Shown here one piece after another: positions 44,045 through 52,350 of a DNA stretch of 64,000 nucleotides. The notes beneath the pieces were generated by a model, which searched no databases, had not been told where the DNA came from, and saw only the letters and a list, made by a program, of their open reading frames with translations. This DNA is from Carpediemonas membranifera BICM (Eukaryota > Protista > Fornicata), in contig JAHDYR010000036.1 in assembly GCA_019828565.1 (NCBI GenBank), positions 62,001 through 126,000 of the forward strand, read 5' to 3'. The translations under genes and the position numbers were made by a program. The number at the start of each line of letters is the position of its first letter. Within the stretch, counting starts at the first letter, position 1.

Positions 44045-44560
44045 CAACAGTGTCGACCTAGTTCTCCAGGCCAGCTCGCATGCTTGATTATGGTCATAGC
44101 TGGCGTGGGCTACAGCCACGCTTCCCTCCGCCAACTCTCATTAGTGTCTTAAAATGCGGAGTGAGTAAGTGACGTCTGCAATAGACGATTGAGAGTGATT
44201 TTACTGCTTGCACTGTGCACTCTATGATACTTCATTACCCCTTCCCGCTCTCCCTTCCTTCTTCTTGAGAGTGATATTTCGATAGTCAGTCATCATCGTC
44301 GGGGGTCATCAATCAGTGCTTCTCCAGTCCTCTCGCCAAGCAACTAGCTTCCCACCTATCTTCTACCCCATCTTACTTCCATCCGCTCTCTTCTGCTTGT
44401 CGGATTTCGGGGTCTTGATCATGACGTCTTTGCATCATCACCATGGCCTTCCATCGCACAGCGGGCTCTTCTATGCCGCTGCCTGAAGATAAAACACTTC
44501 AGTTCTTCTAATTCTCGCCATTATCACTGCATAGTCTCGTTCATTAAACATCTGTCGTCT

Positions 44561-46090
44561 TTGATGTGTGTTGTTAACGTGATCGGTTCATTCACCGCAA
44601 AACGCAGAGCTTCGCATGACCAGCATCTATACGGCGCCACGAGCACCAAGCTGTGGCTCGTCAAGGCCCTTGAAGGTTACTGCTGGCGCCTGGCGAAGGT
44701 CATCACTCGGGTCGACACTGCCCTGACTCAGCGTGATCCAGACGTGCCCCGGGACGACATCACCCGGTTGCGCACCGAACAACGTGCTGTCAAGGCGATC
44801 GTTGATGAGCACCTTGCAAAGATCTCAACTCCGGGACGAGTCGACGAGGGCGTTCTACTCACGCTGCCCTGCGTCTGGCGGATCTCCGCGGCTCTGGGAG
44901 AGCTCACGGATATGGTTGCGGCATTCAACACCGCCCATCCACCTCTTCCGGGTGACAAGCCGCTGGCTGGCCCCAAGCTTGTTCCGCTTGTCCCGATGGC
45001 TCCGGTCCGCCCCGGGTTCATGCACGTTCCCTGTTCTCTCAACGTGCTGAACCCGGCTTGGCTTGCCCAACTTGGGGTCGACCCGGAGCATCACGCCACT
45101 GAGCGCATGACGCGAGAGCAGCTGGAGGCTCTTCCTCCGAACATCCGTCGGGTGCTGTCTGTCAAGACAGATGGGGTCGCCGTGGACCTCACGGTCCAAG
45201 TTGGTGCTCTGTCATACGTCAGCAGACGTGCCAGTGGCAACCCGACGATGAAGCGAAAGGTTCGGGAGCGTCTGGGTGTGGATGACGCGGATGCTCGCCC
45301 CGCGCCAGACCCCAATGCCCACCTCATGGGCTTCGACCCTGGTGCTCGGTCGCTGGGCGGCTACACGATCCGCCGCCCAGACGGGCAGAGTGTATCTGGC
45401 GTACTCGCTAAGTGTGGCTACACTGCCACCCCCTCTTTCCGCGTGAATATGAGCGCAGCATCGTTCAAAACGACAAGTCTAGAGGCTCTCAAACAGTCGA
45501 TTAGGTTTGTCCATGAGAACATCGTTCAGATCATCAACGAGGGGACGAGAAAGTGTTTCCGCCGTGCGACTTTTGCCAATCACTGTCTGCGCCAGAAGCA
45601 CTTCGCCCGGGCTGGACGTCAACTCCTGGATGATCTCGGCGGGCGCCCCCCGGAGCCCATTCACCTCGAAGTCGCGTATGGGGCTGCACTGTTCGGTTCC
45701 GCCGGCACTCCCTCGTGTGCTCCGTACCGCCACTTTGCTCGAGCACTTCCTGGCATAATGCTCCGGCACAACGTCGTCGTGATTGTCACGATGGTCTCCG
45801 AATTCCGCACTTCCATCGTGTGCCCATACTGCAAAGCACACTTCAGACGTGTGGTGCACACACACCGCACCATGCTCTGCCAGAATCCCGCGTGCGAGGG
45901 AGCTCCATGGCGCGTTGAACGGCTACGTCGGCATCCCGAGCAGAGAGACATACTTCTCAATCTCTCTCACCGAGATAAGAGCGCCAGCGAGAACATCCTT
46001 TGGTGCACCTTCGATGCAACTTCAGATCAGATAGAGCAATCTCCTTTCCACTACGACTCCCAGAGAGGTGCTCTTCCTCGCTATCATTAA
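44561..46090 (+). CDS. Fanzor (eukaryotic TnpB-family) RNA-guided endonuclease, Fanzor1-like
   Basis: SVKTDGVAV, RuvC-I LMGFDPG (D259), VAYGAALFG, RuvC-II VSEFRTSIVC (E414), Zn finger CPYC...CQNPAC, and RuvC-III SHRDKSASENI (D472). Intronless; first ATG at 44564. Confidence 0.88.
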   Translation: MMCVVNVIGSFTAKRRASHDQHLYGATSTKLWLVKALEGYCWRLAKVITRVDTALTQRDPDVPRDDITRLRTEQRAVKAIVDEHLAKISTPGRVDEGVLLTLPCVWRISAALGELTDMVAAFNTAHPPLPGDKPLAGPKLVPLVPMAPVRPGFMHVPCSLNVLNPAWLAQLGVDPEHHATERMTREQLEALPPNIRRVLSVKTDGVAVDLTVQVGALSYVSRRASGNPTMKRKVRERLGVDDADARPAPDPNAHLMGFDPGARSLGGYTIRRPDGQSVSGVLAKCGYTATPSFRVNMSAASFKTTSLEALKQSIRFVHENIVQIINEGTRKCFRRATFANHCLRQKHFARAGRQLLDDLGGRPPEPIHLEVAYGAALFGSAGTPSCAPYRHFARALPGIMLRHNVVVIVTMVSEFRTSIVCPYCKAHFRRVVHTHRTMLCQNPACEGAPWRVERLRRHPEQRDILLNLSHRDKSASENILWCTFDATSDQIEQSPFHYDSQRGALPRYH

Positions 46091-46260
46091 CTTGCTAAGT
46101 TGAGCAAACACGCGCTGCAGCGCGCGTGATATGCTGCGCACGATTGATAGAGTATGATGTACCACACTGCGATCCTGATGCTGCTTGGATCACTGTGTGT
46201 TTTGGACTCAACAATTCTAATCCTGCGCAGCACACAGTAAGCGCGACAGATTGTTCACCC
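46091..46260 (+). ncRNA. Candidate Fanzor omegaRNA scaffold (boundaries uncertain)
   Basis: Stacked stems directly after the Fanzor stop: 46092-96/46103-07; 46109-15/46122-28; and a long nested hairpin 46132-40/46224-32, 46142-45/46219-22, 46150-53/46206-09, 46163-67/46195-99, 46171-75/46187-91. Confidence 0.5.
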
Positions 46261-46462
46261 GTTATAGCAGACATTGCCTTAGGGATGACGAGAAACTGAG
46301 GGTTGTGCAAGCAAACGTCAGACTGACGAAGCAACAGAACGGCCCTGTGCTGGCAATTCTGACCCGCGAAGGAGAGCCAAGAAGACCTCAACAGAACAAT
46401 GGTAAAGCGGGGATAGCAGAGTTTATAAGCGCTAGAAAGCGGGATGATGTTGGTTATCTGTT

Positions 46463-46478
46463 GGTGTCTTTTGACACC
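46463..46478 (-). promoter_or_regulatory. Histone-type 3' stem-loop downstream of H2B
   Basis: mRNA sense AAAAC-GGTGTC-AAAA-GACACC-AAC: 6-bp stem and 4-nt loop, 21 nt after the H2B stop. Confidence 0.6.
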
Positions 46479-46499
46479 GTTTTAGATTGATTGTTTGAC

Positions 46500-46877
46500 T
46501 TATTCCTCGTCAGCCGCGTTGGACTGGTACTTGGTGATGGACTTAGTACCCTCGGAGATGGCGTGGCGGGAGAGCTCGCCGGGGAGGACAAGGCGGCAGG
46601 CAGAGTGGATCTCGCGGGAGGAGAGGGTGGAGCGCTTGTTGAGGCGAGCAAGGCGGCCAGCCTCCTCGGCGATGCGCTCGAAGAGATCGACGACAAGGGA
46701 GTCCATGACGTTCATGCCCTTGGTGGAGATACCGAAGTCGGGGTGGACCTGGCGGAGAACACGGTAGATGTACGAGTGGTAGGTCTCCTTGCGAGCCTTC
46801 TTGCGGGCGGGGCCCTCGTGGGTCTTCTCGACCTTCTCGGCAGCGGGCTTAGTTTCCTTCTTTTCCTTGGGAGCCAT
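46500..46877 (-). CDS. H2B: Histone H2B
   Basis: [40 protein letters not shown] and [15 protein letters not shown]. Confidence 0.97.
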   Translation of the reverse strand: MAPKEKKETKPAAEKVEKTHEGPARKKARKETYHSYIYRVLRQVHPDFGISTKGMNVMDSLVVDLFERIAEEAGRLARLNKRSTLSSREIHSACRLVLPGELSRHAISEGTKSITKYQSNAADEE

Positions 46878-47292
46878 TTTGTTACTCTCGAATAGCGGAT
46901 GCCTTTGCCTTCGGCATAATTATTGCTTGGAGAATATTGCAAGCACTTTGCCAAATGGAGCTTAGTTTATGGCTTTAAAAATTTGAAAGGAAACGATTCA
47001 ATTGTGGGGTATTGAAGACAGAAACAAGCAAACAGGAGCAAAGAAAGCAACAAAATAACGATAAGAAGAGCATTTAGTAGTAAGAAGTTTCTTTCTGATG
47101 TTTTGCACAGATGTTACAGGCTTCAATCAACATTTCGTTCGAGGATCGAGCGCTAACGTGGCAAATGAAAGCAAGAACGCTCAATTGCGTTACATTGCAT
47201 CGTTTGACAGTATGATCATTGACCTTTACTCTCTTTCAAGGTCATTGCAATTTGCTCCACTTGGGAACCACGCGAATGTGATGACCTGAAGC

Positions 47293-47617
47293 TCACTGGT
47301 AGTACAGCTCAACATTGGTCTTGTCATGGATCTCGTCTGTGTGAACTGGTGCGATTGTACGTACAGTCCTGGAGGGTGAGGTGGTTCTGAAGAATCTCGC
47401 CAGCCTTCTGAAGACGGATCTTCTCGGCTCTTGTGCCTGTGTAAATTGGTGATAGCTATGAAATACTAACCGATCTTAGTCGCTACAGCCTTCTTCATCA
47501 CGAGAATGGTGTCCTCGTCGCTGTGTGAACGAATAGGGCGCGAAGCACATACTCTACTTGAACAAATGTCTTGTTCTGCTGCATGCGATCATCAACACGG
47601 ACAGATATGCGCACCAT
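47293..47617 (-). CDS. UBL5: Ubiquitin-like protein Hub1/UBL5 (4 exons: 47617-47553, 47520-47471, 47436-47365, 47336-47293)
   Basis: Removing GT-AG introns of 32, 34 and 28 nt gives a 231-nt CDS: MVRISVRVDDRMQQNKTFVQVDDEDTILVMKKAVATKIGTRAEKIRLQKAGEILQNHLTLQDYEIHDKTNVELYYQ, with the diagnostic DYEIHD...ELYYQ end. Confidence 0.9.
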
Positions 47618-47851
47618 GCAGTCTTGTCTTGATGTACGAGGGATCTCGTCGTCTGACTGCCCACAGTCGACGGACGGCGAGGCATCGGCTACTCGCATCA
47701 AGCTCCCAAGGATGAGTTCTTGTGGTCATCTACGGTGCTACGCTATCACCGGGTGAGACTGTTGCTTGCTTGGCCGACTTCCCAGCGCGAATTGCTCTAC
47801 ACATGCTGATGAGAGAATAAAGTGCGACTTTCCCCAACAACCTAGCAAGAT

Positions 47852-48417
47852 TTACTCGTAGATCCACTTCTCGCAGGCATCCTCGTAGTTGATCTTGTCC
47901 TCGCCGAACCAGAGCTTGATCTCGCGCTCAGCAGCCTCGGCGCAGTCAGAGCCGTGGACAAGGTTGCGGCCAACCTCGATGGAGAAGTCGCCACGGATGG
48001 TGCCGGGGGCGGCATCCTTGGTGGCACCCATCATGGCGCGGGAGCGGGCGATGACGCCCTTGCCCTTCCACTGCATGGCAACAACGGGGCCGCCGCAGAG
48101 GTAGTCAACAAGGCCGTTGTAGAAGCCCTTGCCCTTGTGCTCGGCGTAGTGCTCCTCAACGAGCTCGCGAGGGGGCTGGATCATCTTCATGGCGACGAGC
48201 TGGAAGCCCTTCTCCTAAGTAACGTGGTCAAACGAAGTAACAAACCTCAAAGCGCTGGATGATCTTACCAACAAGGCGGCGGTTGACACCGTCGGGCTTG
48301 ACTGCGATGAAAGTGGTCTGTGTGAGAGAAGCATGAAGCTGGCTCGTTCTTGCAATGACACAACGCATTCATATGTGCGCTAATCGAGCATACGGCTCGC
48401 TTGTGACAAACCTCCAT
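47852..48417 (-). CDS. NDK: Nucleoside diphosphate kinase (3 exons: 48417-48412, 48317-48246, 48214-47852)
   Basis: Spliced product [30 protein letters not shown]...GTIRGDF...RNLVHGSD (146 aa). Introns 48318-48411 (94 nt) and 48215-48245 (31 nt), both with GTTTGT donors. Confidence 0.92.
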
Positions 48418-48578
48418 AAGAATTCGAGCTTTCTGTCGATAAGCTGCGGGAAGAACTTTCTTGACTCCGGATAAATGTCTCTTTTCAAGCCAGAAGCATT
48501 CCACTCGAACGTCATTCCATCCAAACATGCATCAGCTATGGCTGTATGGTTTTATAGCAACTAAACCGCAGCTCAGGC

Positions 48579-51500
48579 TCAACTCTGGCTGATCGGGAGC
48601 TTCGGCTGAACGGGAAGCAGACTTCTTGTCAGCCACCGAGGGTCGAAGCAGCTCCGAACCCGCATCGTCGGCGGCGGGGTGGCTCTGAATGACGGCATTG
48701 CAAGTCTAATGAAGACGTCGCGGTCGGCAATGCGCACACGGACGGGCATATCGATAATCTGAGGCAACGACGGGGGCAGAATCTCAACGTATCTGACTGA
48801 ATCTGCGAGATACGACTCAGCGAATGAGTTATCAATCAGACACAGCTCTCTGAAGGTCTCCTGGGCGGCCGAGTCGTCCTCAAGGTGTGTGAGCATTAGG
48901 CCCTTGAGAAGGAGTGCAGACGTGTTGTTTGCGAACGCCGGGCTTGATACAAGGAGATCCAGGGCATGGTTGTACTGCTCCAGCTGGAGGTATGCGACCA
49001 TCTTGTTCAGGATGAGCTGTTGCGACGGTGCAGAGATGCCGTCTGCAGATGCTGCCAGTGCAATGGCCCTATCGTAGTCTTCCAATGCTGATTGGGCGTT
49101 CCCGATGCAGTGTTGCACGACGCCCCTTACCGCGTGGACGAAGGCGAGGTGGGTGACGCGGCCGTCTGCCGCAGCCTTGACAGCGGCCTTGGTCGTCGTG
49201 TGCGTGGGGGAAAAGATGCCCGCATACGCGCCAGACGAATGAATTGCCGGAGACGGCAGGACTGACCCGACTGCGGGCACTGAGGTCCGTCTGGGTGATG
49301 GTTGCGGCGTGCTACCCTCTCTTGGCCTGTGGGGAGTGTCCTGTATCCGCTGCGCCCTGGATAGTACGTTTGACTCCGCTCCGACGAAGTGCCAGGGGTA
49401 CGAGAGAGTTGGGTCGACGAGTTGGCCCGTCTGCACAGTCTTAACATGCGTGTCCTTCGCTGTCTCAGATGCCAGCAGGGAGTTGAGCTTCCTCAGAACC
49501 TGCAGGACGAACCTGTTGGTGTTCTTAGGATCCACGGGTCCAGCAAAGTCTAGGGGGCAGTCAAACAATGATGCAATCAATCCAGCGACGTCCCGGTCGA
49601 ATAGGAAAGCCCTGGCTGCTGGGTGCTGCTGGACGACGGTGTTCATCGACGAACAGGCGGCCGTCCACTTGCCGAGCTCCAGCTGGATGCGGGCGACACA
49701 TACGTAGGCCCTGACGCTGCGGGGATACTCTTTGATCGCCTCCTGGTATGACGCAAGGGCGTCTGTGAGCTTACCGCACCACCACTCAACGTCGGCCTTC
49801 TCACACAGACGCACAGCCTTCTCGCGGCCCTCGGGTGCATGCCTGACCGCCCTCGTGAGGTCGGCGATCGCAGTAGACAGTCGGCCGGCTGTGTGGTGGA
49901 GCCGTCCTCTCATCGACAGGACAAGCGATAGGGCTTCCTTGTCTGGCTCGAGGGAGGCTAGTCCGCGCACCGTTTGAGCGAACGGCGGCGGTGTCATCGT
50001 TGAGTAGGACGGCGTACAGGACACGCTCTCGGTCATCTCGGTGTCACTGTACAGCCGGTCCGTGGGTGGCTCCGAGATGTCCAGAGGCGTGTGACTGCTG
50101 TCGGGTGTTACTGAGGGCGCTAGCTCGCTGTACGTCCTGCTCTCAGGCCGGTCATACGCCAGCATCATCGCCTGGAGGTCCGCGTTGAGGTCTGCGATGT
50201 GGCTCAAGCTCGTATCAGCCCTCTGTGCCAAAGCTCTTGGTGTCAGCGCCTCTGCTACTGGGGTACGGGAGGCGGCGCGGGTCGAGCTCTGGCTCTTCTT
50301 GGCGGGCTCAAGCTGAGTGATGATCTCTGTCAGCGACTCGATGGCAGAGTCGAGATCATCCCTCCCTATGAGATCGGCTAGGGCTGCGGCCACCAGATAG
50401 TCGGTCACTTTGCCCTGGCTGGTCGTAGCCGCGCTCTGGATGGACGCGGCGGCCTCCTTCCCCCGTCCCAGAGAAGCGAGGAGGAAGCCCTTGATGAAGT
50501 GCATCGTGTGCAGCTGCTTAGTGGGATCGGGGCCGGCGTCCGTGTATCTGTCCCAGTCCATTCGGGCCCGGTCAATCTCAACCTCGCACTTGGCGATGGC
50601 GGCGTCGACCTCAACCAGGGCCCCCTCCATTGTATCGGGCACAAGGTCTTGGTCACCAAAGACGACCGCCAGTGCCTTGTAAACATGCGGCTGTGGTTCG
50701 TTGGGCATGATGTTGCTGGCCTTCGCGAAGATGTTGTAGGCCTTGGCGTTCTTACCCTCATCCATCGCCTGAAGGCCGGCTGCCATCGCGTTGTTAAACT
50801 GCACGTGAGGCTGACCAGCCAGGCCGGGGTCGAGCTTTCCAGCCTGGGTGATGGATCTAATAGCAGCGGTAAGATTGTTGGATCGCATTGCAAGATATGA
50901 TCTGCATAGATACGCCATTGCTGGTGCGTCAGGCCTCGACAGGAGCGAGTCAACGATGGTCTCAGCCCGACCGAGTCGCCCCACTTGCATGTGGCGCACA
51001 GCCTGTGCCAGCTGCACCTGGGCATGGGCCCGGGTGTCTGAGGCTGACCCGAGGATGCCCAGGGCTGCCTGGACTTTGCCCTGGTGGAGGGCACACTCGC
51101 CCAAGTCAGTCACAGCCTCAGGGAACCGGGAGCACTTTAGCGCAAGCAGGCCGCGCAGGTCCTCTTCGGCGCCAGCCCAGTCCCTTCGCCGCATGAGCAG
51201 TGAAGCTCTCAGGCGAAGCACTACAGGGTCGTCGCAGACACCCTGGGGGTTGAATGTGGCGCTCAGCTCAGCTGACTTGGTGTATGCGGTAAATGCCTCG
51301 TCATCGTCATCTAGAGCTTCGAATGTCTCGCCCATGTGGCGACGGATATCGGCCACGCGAGAGTCGACCTCAAGAGCCTTACGATAATAGGTCAGCGCCT
51401 TCCTGAAGGCCCCTAGATTATGACTTACTCGACCCAAACCGTCGAGTGCGAGGCATCTGAGGCTGTGTAGGAAAGCAGTGACATTGCCACCGTGGGCATT

Positions 51501-52250
51501 GGGGACAAAGATGGTCGCCACCATGGAGAACACCTTCCTCGTTGTCAGCTGCTGGCTGGTCTCCTTCTCGACTCTGCTGAAGTCGACGAGGGCCTTATCC
51601 GTGAGATTGAGATACAGCTGGACGTTGGCTCGGGCAAGACAAGCGAGATAGTGGTGGGGGCGGAGCTTCAGCGCCCCAGACAGACGCCGCATGGCTGCCT
51701 GCATCTGTCCGGCGAGTATGTCGCACTGCGCGTGGATGCAATAGGCGAAACATCTGTCCAATGCGGGGGCGTCGCTGGACCACACGGCCTCAGCATCCGC
51801 TACGGCGCGGTCCAGTCGGCCGAGAAGAACATAGAGCGCTGAACGCAGCACACGGAGAATGGAGATGTTGTTGTACAGTTTGGCGGCGTTGTTGACTTCT
51901 GCAAGGGCCTCGGGAAGCTCGTTGTTTTGAACGTGAAGCTTGGCGTAGTAAATGAACCGGCCGTAGTCATGGCGTGTCTTGTCAAGTTCTATTGATGCGT
52001 TAACATCCGGGGACATGGGCGGTAATGACTTGATGGTGGAGGAGGGCTGTGGCTCGTCGTTCATCGCGCAGATCTGATGAACCATGTCCTGTGCGAACTG
52101 AGAGGAGGTCTGGATCATCTCTAAAGTTGATATTGACGGGAATGAACGCATATGACGAGGCTTTGGGCGTGTAGCTAACCTCGCTGTTCGCTGCGATTTC
52201 TGGGAATTCCGCAGGTTAATGTTCGTGTCGACCCGCATCATGGCGAGCAT
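48579..52250 (-). CDS. Large TPR-repeat protein
   Basis: Many TPR-like units (e.g. ALTYYRKALEVD, AIADLTRAVRHAP, ALEDYDRAIAL); start codon uncertain. Confidence 0.8.
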   Translation of the reverse strand: MLAMMRVDTNINLRNSQKSQRTARLATRPKPRHMRSFPSISTLEMIQTSSQFAQDMVHQICAMNDEPQPSSTIKSLPPMSPDVNASIELDKTRHDYGRFIYYAKLHVQNNELPEALAEVNNAAKLYNNISILRVLRSALYVLLGRLDRAVADAEAVWSSDAPALDRCFAYCIHAQCDILAGQMQAAMRRLSGALKLRPHHYLACLARANVQLYLNLTDKALVDFSRVEKETSQQLTTRKVFSMVATIFVPNAHGGNVTAFLHSLRCLALDGLGRVSHNLGAFRKALTYYRKALEVDSRVADIRRHMGETFEALDDDDEAFTAYTKSAELSATFNPQGVCDDPVVLRLRASLLMRRRDWAGAEEDLRGLLALKCSRFPEAVTDLGECALHQGKVQAALGILGSASDTRAHAQVQLAQAVRHMQVGRLGRAETIVDSLLSRPDAPAMAYLCRSYLAMRSNNLTAAIRSITQAGKLDPGLAGQPHVQFNNAMAAGLQAMDEGKNAKAYNIFAKASNIMPNEPQPHVYKALAVVFGDQDLVPDTMEGALVEVDAAIAKCEVEIDRARMDWDRYTDAGPDPTKQLHTMHFIKGFLLASLGRGKEAAASIQSAATTSQGKVTDYLVAAALADLIGRDDLDSAIESLTEIITQLEPAKKSQSSTRAASRTPVAEALTPRALAQRADTSLSHIADLNADLQAMMLAYDRPESRTYSELAPSVTPDSSHTPLDISEPPTDRLYSDTEMTESVSCTPSYSTMTPPPFAQTVRGLASLEPDKEALSLVLSMRGRLHHTAGRLSTAIADLTRAVRHAPEGREKAVRLCEKADVEWWCGKLTDALASYQEAIKEYPRSVRAYVCVARIQLELGKWTAACSSMNTVVQQHPAARAFLFDRDVAGLIASLFDCPLDFAGPVDPKNTNRFVLQVLRKLNSLLASETAKDTHVKTVQTGQLVDPTLSYPWHFVGAESNVLSRAQRIQDTPHRPREGSTPQPSPRRTSVPAVGSVLPSPAIHSSGAYAGIFSPTHTTTKAAVKAAADGRVTHLAFVHAVRGVVQHCIGNAQSALEDYDRAIALAASADGISAPSQQLILNKMVAYLQLEQYNHALDLLVSSPAFANNTSALLLKGLMLTHLEDDSAAQETFRELCLIDNSFAESYLADSVRYVEILPPSLPQIIDMPVRVRIADRDVFIRLAMPSFRATPPPTMRVRSCFDPRWLTRSLLPVQPKLPISQS

Positions 52251-52350
52251 GCCGGTAGTCGCTGGGCCAGTCGCTGGAAGGCTACAGGTGCATAGTTTCA
52301 TGACGAATATTTCCTCTTCCAGTGGCAAGCATCTCGAACGAATCCTCAGA

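Noticed and set aside
44170-46320. Possible Fanzor TIRs (TGACGTCTGC/GCAAACGTCA, 9 of 10; TGCTTGCAC 44205-13/GTGCAAGCA 46305-13)
   Set aside because: Matches this short are expected by chance between ~400-bp flanks, do not extend, and have no TSD.
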